A stretch of DNA of 64,000 bases from Eledone cirrhosa (Eukaryota): contig CAXHJY010001530.1 of the NCBI GenBank assembly GCA_964016885.1, forward strand, positions 1 through 64,000, read 5' to 3'. Of the stretch, positions 24,975 through 37,728 are shown piece by piece. Positions within the stretch are counted from its first letter, which is position 1; every line of letters begins with the position of its first letter. A program made the translations under genes and the position numbers. The notes under the pieces were generated by a model. The model did not search any database and was not told the origin of the DNA. It saw nothing but the letters and a program-made list of their open reading frames with translations.

Positions 24975-26417
24975 ATCGAGTGAGATCGAAAGAACAAGTC
25001 ATGAAGACTGTTTATTATTGCCCTACAGGCTATAACAGAGGAGTTTAAGACTGACCGCCCATAGGAACTTCTATATGCAGATGATCTAATGCTCATAGCT
25101 GAATCTATGGCTGAACTAGAGAAGAAATTCCAAACATGGAAGCAAGGCCTAGAATCAAAAGGCATTAAAGTTAACTTGTCTAAGACTAAAGTTCTAGTAT
25201 GTAGAAAGGAAAATAGGGCACAGGTGCCCTCAGGAAAATAGCCTTGCTCAGTGTGTAGGAAAGGAGTAGGTAGAAATTCCATTCTGTGTCCCAAATGCAA
25301 ACTATGGGTACATAAAAGATGTAGTGGGATCACAAGCAAGAACGTAGATTTTATATGTGGCCGATGCTCAGGTGCAATAAGTAGCAAGTGCCCACAAGAT
25401 ACTAGCTCCTTCTACTGCCCAGATGGTTCAATAGAAATAGTGGACTCTTTCCGTTACCTGGGTGACAAAATCAGCAGTGATGCAGGGTGTTCTGAAAGTA
25501 CAGTAGCCAGAGTTAGAACCAGATTGAAAAAGTTCAGAGAGCTTATACAGCTGTTGGCTACAAAAGGTTTCCCTCTAAAAATGAAAGGCAGATTGTATGA
25601 TGCTTGTATACGAACAGCAAAGTTACATGGCAGTGAGACATGGGCATTGTGTGCAGAGGACCTGCGCAGACTGGAAAGGAACGAAGCATGCATTCTCCGT
25701 TGGATGTGTAATAATAATATACGTGAACGGCAAAACATAGATAAACTAAGTGAGAAATTAGGAATAAGAGGGATCAGATGCTGTTTACTCGAGAGAAGAT
25801 TACGTTGGTATGGTCACGTGATGCACATGAAAGATGACAGCGGTATAAAAAAGTGCAGAGCGATCATAATTGAGGGAAGTTACGGAGTAGGTAGACCCAG
25901 AAAAACCTGGGATGTCATGAGAAAGTCCGACCTTGAACACTTGCATCTCTCTAAGTCAATGTCACTGGATGGAGATCTTTGGCAGCACGCAGTATTACAG
26001 AAGACCCGCCTTCCCTACATGCAAAGTTAACCTACAGTCAGTAGGCCTCTCCAAACCAAACACACCCTAACCCACTACACCACTCCATCCTCCCACTCCT
26101 GCCAACACCAGCCTTTCTCTATAAAGTTATGTTGGTACCACAACATCCAGTCCAAACTAATGAGATCGTGTAGGTCTCACGACAAAAAAAACAAATAGTC
26201 CATGCTGTAATGTGGCCATGTAGGTAACATGGTAAAAAGTTCCCAGCCCACACTGTAGATGTGGTTGGTGTTAGGAAGGGTATCCAGCCATAGAAAACCT
26301 GCCCGATAGTCCTATACAAGCAAGACACTGTCACCCGACCAATCTTGCCTCAAGTGGGACAACTCCTATCTAACCCATGCTAGCATGAAAGATAGACGTT
26401 AAACGATGATGATGATA
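24975..26417 (+). mobile_element. RTE LINE 3' fragment (YADD, PHD-like finger, 3' UTR, (GAT)n tail)
   Basis: ORF 25251-26030 is homologous to 2820-3593; CTATATGCAGATGAT near 25071. Confidence 0.9.
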
Positions 26418-26649
26418 TTATCATATATATATATATATATACATAAAGATTTATAAATGGAGATATCCTCTTGGTTTTGACCAAACAAGATACTGGGAAA
26501 CTGAGTGTATTAGAAATTTAATCATGCAGGTCACATCAATCCAAGTTAAAGCAAACGAGGTAAGATCTGAAAGATGCAAAAGTAAAGGGTGTCACAGAGC
26601 ATTAATATGTATTAAAATGAAAACCAAATGCTTTAATAATCTAACGCAT

Positions 26650-26912
26650 CTTTTTTTTATTCTGCATGTCTTTCCTGAGACATTCTAAATTAATGCCCAT
26701 AATATCAGAGCTGTGATCTCTCAATTTGCAGAAGTAACAACTCTACCTAGAGTGACTCTCTGATCTCCGAGCTACACACTCTATCGAGTGACGTTACTCC
26801 AAACACCCTTCAGAGGAACCCCATTTCGGCCACTTGTATTCGCGATCGTATACTTTCGGTCATTACCCAAGATTCATGACCATATTTAAGGGTTGGCACG
26901 AATACCAAATTG
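26650..26912 (-). mobile_element. RTE second-family fragment
   Basis: Homologous to 14820-15060 (ATCAGAGCTGTGATCTCTCAATT..GAGGAACCCCATTTC). Confidence 0.7.
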
Positions 26913-27301
26913 AAGGGACCAAATTTAATGTTACTTACATAGAAAAATTTTGAGGAAGTGAAATCAAATTCTTTTTCTTAGAAATATTATTGTGATAACA
27001 ATCTGATGTTTCTAAAGTTGAGAGAATTTGATGAATTTTGTCACAGTAAGGACATTAAATACTTTTTGTTAAAAATGTAGTTCTCATTGTCAAAGGGATA
27101 AGTCTTAAAATCCCAACAGAGAGCATAAATGAATTGATAATGCTGCCATTTGTATTCCCACCTCACTCCATCGTAGGGGGCCCTGCGCAATTACCCCCTT
27201 TGCTCCGACCCCACCCACCATCATTAAATCCCTCCCTCCTATAATAATGAAATGGTTAATAATGTTTTATCCAGAAGATTTGAATTTTTAGTTGTTAACA
27301 C

Positions 27302-27723
27302 TAGGGCTGCACTGATAAGAAAATAGGCCAATTAGCAATTAATTGGTTTCACCTTATCAGCTGATACTGATTAATTGGCTGTTAATTATCTCTAACATAA
27401 TTATGTATTGTGATATGAAAATGCATATTATAATCAAATACACATATGTTATAATTCATAATTAATCACAATTAAAGAGGTACTCTTTGAGAACACATAA
27501 CAAAATTATAAAAGCAACCTGCTACAAATTTACTAGGCTCTAAAAATAAAGAAATTTAGATGTTTTATATTATTTATTAATTCCTAAATTTGATCATTAC
27601 ATTTACACTTCATATCCAATATTCTCCAAATCTCTATCATCCATGTTTTTTTTGCTCCAAAACATTGGCTAATTTGCAAAATGGCTGATACTGATCATCA
27701 GCCAATTAATAGGTCCAACCCTA
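27302..27723. mobile_element. hAT-like MITE
   Basis: TAGGGCTGCAC..GTCCAACCCTA termini, CTGATACTGAT subterminal repeats and an imperfect 8-bp TSD (GTTAACAC/ATTAAGAC). Confidence 0.6.
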
Positions 27724-28639
27724 ATTAAGACATTCAAATACTGCTTCATTGATGACATCTCCCAAATTATTTATTACAATCTGGTTTGAATATAACAAAC
27801 CTGAAGTATACATAATCTTTATTATATATCTCCAATTGCACAGCAGAAGTTTTCACAAAACTACTAAAATATAGAATACTTTAAAATGTTATTTTTATTT
27901 GAAGTCAGTGTTAGCATTTCAGCTCATTGAGTTCTTTAAAAAGAAATGATAGAATATTGATCATAAAGCAAGAAATATAAAAAATATTCATCTATCAATA
28001 CCCTCACAGTATTTAATTGGTTAGCCATCAGCTATAAGGGGTCTATAATTTCTTTATTAATAACATTATATAAATATGGCTGAGTGGTTAAGAGGTGAAC
28101 TTTTCAGCCATGTGTGTAAAAATGCCTAGAATACAATTAAGAATAAGTTTCTTCTACCTCATGCCTATTGATGAAAAATGGTCCCTTGAGTTACAGAAAC
28201 AGAAACTTATGATTTAAAACACAAAAAAGTAGAATACAACAAAAAATGATTTATGTCAGTCAAAATTAGTAAATGTAATAAATACATCAGTGGAATGTTA
28301 TGCCACAAGGAAGACAAGTTTATTGTTTCAGTCATTTGTCTCTCTTCTAAGAGAGAGAAAAAGGACAAGTGTCCAAAGAGTTAGACTCCCCCTCCTCACA
28401 CCAGAAAATTCACTCTTTTATTATATATTTTAAATACATATTTTAGTTAGCAGAATTAGTGGAAACATTTTAAGGTATACATAACACTTTAACTTAATTT
28501 TTTATAACAATTTTTCTATATGTGATATTATGTAAATATCGATATATCAATCTAGGAACATGTGCTTTGCTACAAAAACCATTGCTTTAATCAAACTCTG
28601 TAATAAAGAATCTTAAGAATGACTTTCCCTTAATGTCTA

Positions 28640-29800
28640 TCTTTTGTCGTCTTTATCACTCACCTATTCATTTGGAGGTCAGTCCTCAGACATACTTTCC
28701 AGATGATCCTATCAGAAGCAACTATCTCTATTTGATCTAATTGGATTCCCTACTTAACTCATGGATATTATCCAACCATCTTGCGCATCGTATACTACTG
28801 GGTTTCCTTCCAGTTGGCTTTGCATGCAAAATCTGTCCAGTGATTCTTTCCTTAGATATTCTTACCACATGTCTATAGTACTGGTGCTATGATCTCTCAA
28901 TTCAGAGAAATAATGGCTCTAAAAAGAGTGACTCCCTGCGTTCCAAGCCGTGCATCCTATTGAGTCAAATTACTTCAAATCTTCTCTGGAACAACTCCAA
29001 TTAGGCCACATGTATTCACAATCATATTCTTTCAGTCTTTACCCAAGTTTCATGACCATAGTTAAAGGTAGGCACAAACAACAAATTGAAGATAGTGAGT
29101 TTGTCCACCTGCTTCTTCTGATATCCAAGTGCTGAAGCTGGCACATAACTGTTGCATTTCCAGCAATTCTTGCATTCAATTCATCATCTTGTTTCCATCA
29201 TTTATGAAAATGGCCCTGAAATAGTTGAAATTCTGATCCAGCTTCAGGGTAATTCTACTCACATACAGAGTGTTCTGCACATGCTTACTTGAGAGGTCTA
29301 GTATCTTAGTTTTTGCAGCACTTATTTTCATTCCTGCAGTGCAGCAAACCGATCTAGATCATGTCGGAGATCCCCTTCTGATGAGTAAATTAGTACTATG
29401 TTATCTGCAAATTCCAGCTGACTCATGCTACAGCCTCTGTTAATTCTGTTCATGAACGTTATGAATAGGAGAGTAGAGAATAAGCACCCATAGTGGAGCC
29501 CGACACTCATATTAAATGGTTTTGATTTAGAACCAATTATACAAATACTAGTGCATTCATATAAGGTCTTCAATACAACAGGAAGCTGCCCTTGAATTCC
29601 ATACTCCTGCAAAACTCTTTCTAGTGTATCCATGAACTAGTTTGTATGCATTTTCAAGTTCCACAAAACAAGCATACACTTCTTGGCAATTTTCTCCACA
29701 ATTTCTAAACAATCTGCAGCAGGGTGAATATTTGATCAGTTGCACAATGCCCAGAGCTGCATTGTTGGGAGCAAACACTGCCATTCATTGCTCCATCTCT
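28640..29800 (-). mobile_element. RTE second-family RT fragment, degenerate
   Basis: ORFs 29557-29784 (ACFVELENAY) and 29328-29633 (VGLHYGCLFSTLLF..FADNIVL..DLRHDLDRFA). Confidence 0.8.
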
Positions 29801-30480
29801 CTTTGTACCTTACCACTGTTTCATCTGGAGTTGATTATTCACCTAGCGGGAGCTCACTTAATGAACTATCATATTTGGTGGCTGTATTGCTATCTACCAT
29901 GTTTGAGTCATGCTCTGGCAGAACAGAATTGTCAAGAATGTATGTTTGGTATTCAATATAATTAAGGTCCATTTAAATCAGTAAGCCTTTATCTCTAATT
30001 AAATGTTTAATTTAATTTAATTAAAATGTTAATATTTCTTTGAGTAAAATCTTTTTCTACCTTATTTATCTATTCAAATGATTTCATTTGGAAAGCCTTA
30101 GCTTTTACAAATTAATATATGAATCTTTGATCATTTAATCATGATCATTTAAGCATGATCATTTAATCTTTTAATCTTTGATCATTTAATCATGTAATAC
30201 AATATTGTTAAACTAATGGTTTGTGTATATTAACTACCAGAATCTCCTAATTTTATTCTCATCTCCAATGACATTTTGATATAATAAACTTATCATCCAC
30301 ACAAATTCCAAATATATTTGATTTCCAATAATTCAGAAGAGTTACATATTAATGTTTGCATTGTAAAACGATTTAAACCAGAATATTCTATAAATAATCC
30401 TTTGTATGGATGGATTCATATACTTTAATATCATATGTGCTCCCTTTACTTTTAAAAAATGTTTTAAAAAATCTATATTA

Positions 30481-31325
30481 ATCATCATCATAATCATTTT
30501 ATGTCCACTTTTTCCTGCTTGCAAGGGTGGGATGGCATCTCTCCATTCGTCATGGTCTTTCGTCATCTCCTCCATGAGATTCAGCGATCTGAGATCAGCT
30601 CTCACCATCTCCACCCATGTTTTCGTTGTCTTCCTCTACTGTGTCTTCCTTCTACTGGGATTTCTTGGCACTTCTTTACTCAGCGGTCATCCTCCATGCG
30701 CATCACATGTCCACACCATCTCAGCCTTCTCTCCTGCACACTTCAGCTTATCCTTCTTATACACAGTTTCTCTCTGAACTCATCTTTGCTTGGTCATTCA
30801 CGCACATTGACATTGCACATTCAACAGAGCATGCTTGCTTCATTTCTCTCCAGCCATCGCATATCTTCTGCAGTTGCTGCCCATGTCTCACTACCATGCA
30901 GCATCGTGCATCTCACACAGGCATCATATAACCGGCCTTTCATTCATAGGGAGAAACCCTTCTTTGTCAACAGAGGAAGCAGCTCCCTAAACTTCTTCCA
31001 ATCCGTCCTTATTCTAGATACTATGGCCTCAGAGCACCCTCCTCCCTTGCTAATCTGATCACCTAAGTATCGGAAGCTAACAACCACCTCTATAGATTCT
31101 ACCTGCATTTGAAAAATGTGTCTATCACTGCGACTTCTACAGTCAAATTTCCCTGTATATCTACTGCATATGTAGTTTTCCATACCTATTAGTTTGCCTG
31201 CTATCCCACTACATCTTTTGTGTACCCAAGATCTGCATTGTGTACATTTTATAGAATTTATGCCATCTCCTTTTCTACATATCTAACATGGCCATTTCCC
31301 TGATGGAATCAGAGTTTTTTCCTCT
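30481..31325 (-). mobile_element. RTE LINE 3' fragment with PHD-like finger and (GAT)n tail
   Basis: ORF 30944-31183 gives SFRYLGDQISKGGGCSEAIVSRIRTDWKKFRELLPLL. Confidence 0.85.
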
Positions 31326-32954
31326 TTATAGTAATGGAAAACTATAAATTAAAAGGAAAATATCTAAGTGAACATTGACTGTAGCCAGGACATAAATTAT
31401 GCCTGAAAATATATACAATATCATTTTGTACATTATATTATAGTTTATAGTTGTTGCTATGAAATTGTTACACATTCTGGTGTGACAAAGGTATGTCCAC
31501 CAAAGTGAGAACAAATCTAAACATTTTGTAAACGCTCAATCTTTAAAAGATTAATAATGTAGAAATAATTTTTGGTAATATATAGGCATCTGGCAGAGAT
31601 TTGTAATCAGGGGAATGTCAGCTTCAAATCTAACAGAAAAAAAATCACTTTAGGATTTTGTTTCCTTTCTGAAAGGTTGTTGAGATAGAGTTTTCCACCT
31701 AATCTTGATTTGCAGTCACTATTCTCTGATAAATATTTGTGTATTTTCTAGCATTCATTATTGGATACTCTATAAGCTCATTTCAATGCTTCCCATTTAT
31801 TAGAAGTTATCTAAAGTAAGTAATCCTAGGTTATTATGCCTCCCCATTTTGCTTCCCTTTTAGCGTTATTGTATTAGCATATACATGCATAAGGAATTTT
31901 GGCTGGATTATAACAATGGTTTGTATATATTTTGAAGCGTCCAATCAAGGCTTTCAAATGAGAATATGTATGTTAATAAAAATAGATTTTGAGTAAGAAT
32001 TTTTTTGCCCATATTATTGGAGGATCTGCTTTTCTTTGGCTATGTTTATTTCACTAACATATTAGCATGCCTCTGGTAAGGCACAGACAACATAAGTTCT
32101 TATTTTCTCTTCACCAAAATCTCCATAATATCTTGCAGAGAAAATTCTAGGGATTATTGCTAAATCTTCTGATCAGTTATCTGCTGTTGATAGTAGTTAT
32201 CACATCTAAATAATTCATTTTATTTAGTTTAGTTCTTCAAAATAAAAAAAATCAATTATACTTGAGTTGACTTTATGCTTTATATATATGGTCAATAAAG
32301 TAAGCATTTCTAATATTGTGGGATTCATATGCTACCTTGTACTATTTAAATTTTGGCATTGTTCTTAGTTGTAAAAGATGGATTAGTATTATCTAAAATA
32401 CGTGAGAGAGCAAAAATCAGTATAGTCTAGAAAGGAACTATAAATTATATTGGTTTCTGATAACAAGATAGCATTGTCAAGAGACAAGTAAACAGTAGTT
32501 GCTTTCAATGAATTTAGAAATAATGTTTTGTTTCAAAATTGAATAAGATTACCTGTGTTCTATTCTCTATATTCATCACAACAATGAGTGTAGTTGGTAG
32601 AGCATTTTAGTTCTCTTTTGTTTTGCTTTTTTTGTTTTATTAGGAAATCAATTGAAAAATTCAAAACAGCTCTGATTGGTTTTAATACAAAGATGACAGA
32701 GGAAGCAAAGCCAGCAAATTACTGATTTCAGATACAAATCAATATGAATATCAGGCACATTTCTTCAATTCCTCATTAAAGTTATTTTCAAATTGTGAAT
32801 GTTCTAAAATAATTCAGTCTTTATTTCTCCTTTCTCCAGTGACATCCATCTTTCTATTATTTTAACTGATAGTAAAGATAGAAAACTATTCCTAAGACAC
32901 TATAATAACAAACATGAAATGATGATGACTAATGTTCATATTATGTATAGGTAT

Positions 32955-33301
32955 ATGTGCATGAACGACCAAGCATAGATGAGTTGAGAGAAAAACTGTG
33001 TATAAGAAGGATAAACTGTAGTGTGCAGTAGAAAAGACTGCATTGGTATGGACATGTGATGCACATGGACAATGACTACTGGGTAAAGAAATGCCAAGAA
33101 ATCCCAGTGGAAGGAAGACGCAGTAGAGGAAGACTACGAAAAACATGGGCAGAGGTGGTGAGAGCTGATCTTGGATCTCTGAAGCTCACAGAGGAGATGA
33201 CGAAGGACCATAACGAAGGACCATGAAGAGGTGCTGTGCTGATTAGAACCCGTCCCACCCTTGCAAGCAGGGAAAAGCAGACATAAAAAAATGATGATGA
33301 T
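32955..33301 (+). mobile_element. RTE LINE extreme 3' fragment
   Basis: Homologous to the reverse complement of 30490-30810; CCCACCCTTGCAAGCAGGGAAAAG..ATGATGATG. Confidence 0.8.
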
Positions 33302-34606
33302 ATTAATAGGAAAAATTAACACATGTTTGAAATATATTTTCCTTAGAAATTTGAATTCTTAAAGGAGTTTCTATGTGTTTGCTCAACCTCCTAGAAATAA
33401 CAGCAAATTTTATCTTTAATTACATCCTAATGACTAAATAATATTTCATTGAGATTTTGTACATGGAAAAAAAGATATGATGGTTATGGATGGAATACCT
33501 TTGAGAACAGATCTGTCTAATGAGGGCTGACTTGGAGCTAAACAACAAACTTTTGAAATTTGAATTGCAATTGTCGATATAATTCTTATCAGAACGTTTC
33601 GTGTTATCTCGGTTTAAATTGCTGTTTCTATTATTTTACATCTGTAATGCAACTCAAAAAAGAATTTTCAATTAGCAATTCTACTTTCATTCAGAATTTG
33701 ACAATTGCTATGCTTTTGTTTTCACAAACAAGAGACAGCTATTCTATTTGTATAAAGCAAAAACTTAAAATCGACAGCAAAAATAAATATTAGGCTTTTG
33801 TAAATGAAAATTCTGTAATTAAATATAAACCTCACTTACATTGCATTATAAACTTACAATATTTGTAATGTATTTATTTTTTAAACTGAATTTTATTAAA
33901 AGAAGATGAAATAATTGACTAAAACATTTTCACAAAATATCCTATTTTATTATGACTCTTCAACGAAATGTATTAACATAAAATCTAACAAAAACATATT
34001 TTAATAGACTCACTTTAGATGTTACTAAATGCAGTGGTTCATTGCTTATGTTTAGCTCACATTGCACAGAATTGTGAGGAAAAGCATTTTAGCCATGAGC
34101 ATCCTACTTTTGAATAATGTTCACTGTATAAGGGTGGAGTTTGAAGGAATTTAGCTCTTATAGTATCTTAGGATACGTATTCTTTATACTTTCATCATAA
34201 ACCTACCAGGACAGGATGCAAGCCTATCACTAGATTTTGCAGTATTGTGTGCATAGAGATGGCAATATATATTTTGAGCAGACCCCTCTACCTAAAAGGA
34301 TCCAGCTGGAGATGGTTGACAGGCCCACTGAAAGGTGTACTTAAGGATTCTGCCCTGCGAGCCTCCCAGAAATAAGTGGGTGAAGAAGAAGAATTTATAA
34401 CAATTAAAGGTGATTTCCCCCAAAATACCTACAGACATATGACTAGTTGTGTTACTCTCTGCCACTATTACTATCCTGAAATGCATACTTCGAAAATTGT
34501 CTCTGTCCAAATTCTTCTACATGTCTAAACCCACAGATGTTTCAACAGTATATAAACCACATTAACATCATCAGTTTGGGAGACCACAAACACAAATAGG
34601 TCACTT

Positions 34607-34671
<65 letters not shown>

Positions 34672-34673
<2 letters not shown>

Positions 34674-34851
34674 ACATAATAAACAACACAATATAATTAT
34701 TCCATTACCAAAGGTTTCAAGAAAATAGGTGATCCTTACAGAAACGTTTAGCCCATTCATTGGATGAAATAGCTGGACGTTTCTGTTAGGATCGTCTAGT
34801 TTCTTGAAGCCTCTGGTAATGGAATGATTATATTGTGTTGTTTATTATGTA
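34672..34851. repeat. About 180-bp foldback palindrome next to (TA)n
   Basis: TACATAATAAACAACAC..GAAACGTTTAGC pairs with GCTGGACGTTTC..GTGTTGTTTATTATGTA. Confidence 0.85.
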
Positions 34852-35021
34852 GTTAAATAGCTCTGTACTATATATAGGGTACTCTTCTTTCCTTTAACTT
34901 TTCAACAGAAATACTTAATATATATATATATATGCAGAGGTTATATTTAATTTGTTGGGATTCAACAAGCTTAAAAAATCTTTTTTAACTGATATAAAGC
35001 ACTCAACAATGAGTGGAGTAA

Positions 35022-35378
35022 ATACACAATATATTAATAAATGGAAACTATATTTATAAAACATTAACTATTTCCATTAATTATTTCCAAAGCCTTTTTT
35101 TCTCTCTCCCTCACATATCACCTTCTTCCAACAGTTTAATTTAAATAAACCGTTATCTTTTCAACCTTTTGGACACTCATTTGCATACTCACTCATAATT
35201 TTGTATCACCCTCAATAAATATAATATCTCCACTATCCAGGAAGCTCCAACCGTTAAGGTTGTCTTTTTTTCCGGTTATGTCAATATTTATTTATAAAAC
35301 AAATCTGTATTTTATCTGATGAAAGCGCACCATAATTTGCTTTATAAATATAGTTTCCATTTATTATTATATTGTATA
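35022..35378 (+). mobile_element. Short element with about 38-bp terminal inverted repeats and a broken HHR-like motif
   Basis: CAATATATTAATAAATGGAAACTATATTTATAAA pairs with TTTATAAATATAGTTTCCATTTATTATTATATTG; internal TTAT-CTGAT-GAAAGCGC-ACC-ATAA at 35312-35335. Confidence 0.55.
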
Positions 35379-35404
35379 TATTATATTGTAACTATGCTGG
35401 AAAG

Positions 35405-35582
35405 CATGGCGGTAGAGGGTCGGACGCCATGCTTTCCAGCATAGTTATGTCCCTTTACGATCTGAGTTCAAATCCCACCGAGGTTGACTTTGCCTTTCAT
35501 CCTTACGGGGTCGATAAAATAAAGTACCAGTAATGCACTGGGTAATTGCTGGCCTTGTGCCTAAAGTAGAAACAATTATTAT
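35405..35582 (+). mobile_element. tRNA-derived SINE (Meta-domain-like) with 5' inverted duplication
   Basis: GAGTTCAAATCC B box and CTTTGCCTTTCATCCTTACGGGGTCGATAAAATAAAGTACCAGT. Confidence 0.8.
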
Positions 35583-35619
<37 letters not shown>

Positions 35620-36096
35620 TTAACCTTACTTTTACATTTGCTTTTTAAGTGTGTGCATGGATTGTGACAATACTTTTTGAGGCAGGCTTTCTTAACCGAA
35701 TGATATTCCTAATGCTAATCCATATTTTATTTTAAGTATGCTATATACACCACTAATGTTAATCATATTGTTTATGGTCCCCCCTAAACAATGTCATCAC
35801 TGACGTTTTTATAAATGTTCTTGATATGACGTTTTGCAATGGAATTTGTTATAAAATATACCACATGAAAAAGTTTTTAAAATACCAAAAACTCAAAATA
35901 TGATAGAAAATTTGTGCCAGTGAAGAGTAAATTGAAGTGTTCAATACTCTTTTAATACAAAAATGCACTTGTAGAAATTGTAGATCACTGGGCTTAAATT
36001 TCAACAATATTATGTTGTTCAACAATGTTATGTTGTTCTTGTCAAGCATTATACAGTCGATTAACTCCTTTGAATAAAACTGCCGAAACTGTATGC

Positions 36097-36358
36097 TTAA
36101 CCCTTTCATTACCATATTTTTAATGAAACACAGTAACTATATGTTTCAATTAATTTGTAAATCATCTAAAATTTGGAGGATTTAATAAAATAATTAATCT
36201 TTTCATTATTAAGCTGATGTTTGGAACATTACTTAACAAGACTTTCACTGAAAACTTTCAATGGAAAGTTATTATATATTAAAATGGGGAGTTTTATATA
36301 ATAAAATATATATAATAAAATCAGGGCAGATTCAGATAGTTTTGGTATCAAAAGTTTT
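36097..36358. mobile_element. piggyBac-like MITE (family also at about 60598-60858 and 62444-62668)
   Basis: TTAA-CCCTTT left end; right ends TGGTATCAAAAG, AAAAGAGTTAA and AAAAGGGTTAA; shared internal TTTCAATTAATT. Confidence 0.55.
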
Positions 36359-36998
36359 ACAAATGTGTCAAAATAGTAAGGAAAGTCAGAAAGATTATTA
36401 CGAAAATGTTATCTGAAAATGTTAAACACTGACTATCATGACTTAATTGATATTAAACTCTTACGAAACAAATAACAACAATTATATTGAATACATGTAC
36501 TGTGGGTAAGAAATTATATGAAGCTATTAATAAAACTTAATAAGACAAATCTAACAAAAAAGCATTTAAATTACTTAAAAAAATTATTGTTTTAATGTTT
36601 TAAAAGAATGTAACAACCAGAAGAACTGTGGAACATTGCCAAATGTTTTAAATGCTGAATGTTGAAATATCAAATAGTAAAATGCTGACAAATTGAAATG
36701 CCAATGAGAACAAATATCGCCAAGACAACATGCTGCGAGTCAACATGTGGAATAATATAAATATCATGCATTTTATCTCTTAAGATGCACTTTATTAGTT
36801 TTTCACAACTGTACGATTGTAAACTTGTCATCATCATCATCGTTTAATGTCCATTTTCCACACTAGCATGGGTGATGTAAAACACTTCACTGCTCGCAAG
36901 TGTTTTTTAAGCTTCATATCATGTCTCCCTATTTTATCTGATGAGAACGCAAATATCATCCCATGATGGAACTCTTTTAACCATCTTTTGATTTTATA

Positions 36999-37180
36999 TT
37001 ATATATATATATATGTATGTATGTGTGTGTGTATGTATGTATGTAAATAAATATATATATGTGTGTGTATGTATATATGTGTATGTATATAAATATATAT
37101 ATGTGTATGTATGTATATGTATGTATATATATATGTGTGTGTATGTATGTGTATGTATATATATGTATGTGTATGTATGT
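36999..37180. repeat. Compound (TA)/(TG)/(TATG) microsatellite
   Basis: Seen directly. Confidence 0.9.
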
Positions 37181-37728
37181 AAGGGAGCTTATAGATAGGA
37201 CAACACACGCTGCATTTCGTGGGGTAAGTTTTTAATTAATTTTTGTATTCTGAAACATCAAAATACAATTTTTTGGTCACTGGACTCGGGAATGTCACGA
37301 CAGAAGTTTGTGGAAGTTACACAAATATTTTCGTATATTTTACCAGAGCAATCCTTATTTATATTTTACATTTACTTACATCTCAATATAACATGGCTAA
37401 AATTCAAATTTTGCAAAGAGAAGAAAACGGACAAATGAACTAGATACAGCTCACTGCCCCACGCCACTACAATAATAACATCATCGGTAACTACTGCGGC
37501 TCAGTAGTTACCGATGATGTTGATCTTTTCTTCTTTTCGGGTTATAGCTACTGTCGCTCAGAGAGTGGGATTGGCTCAGTGCACAGTCTTTCCTCACTTT
37601 AAAAATATTCGTCACGCACACACAGGCATTGCACGATTGCATTAATTAATAATCATTAATAGTGTATTGTTATTATTATTATTATTATTTAATATTATTA
37701 TTATTATTTAATATTATTATTATTATTT

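Noticed and set aside
36930-36975. CTGATGA motifs near 36938 and 29378
   Set aside because: No stem II-GAAA closure; the second lies inside LINE coding sequence.
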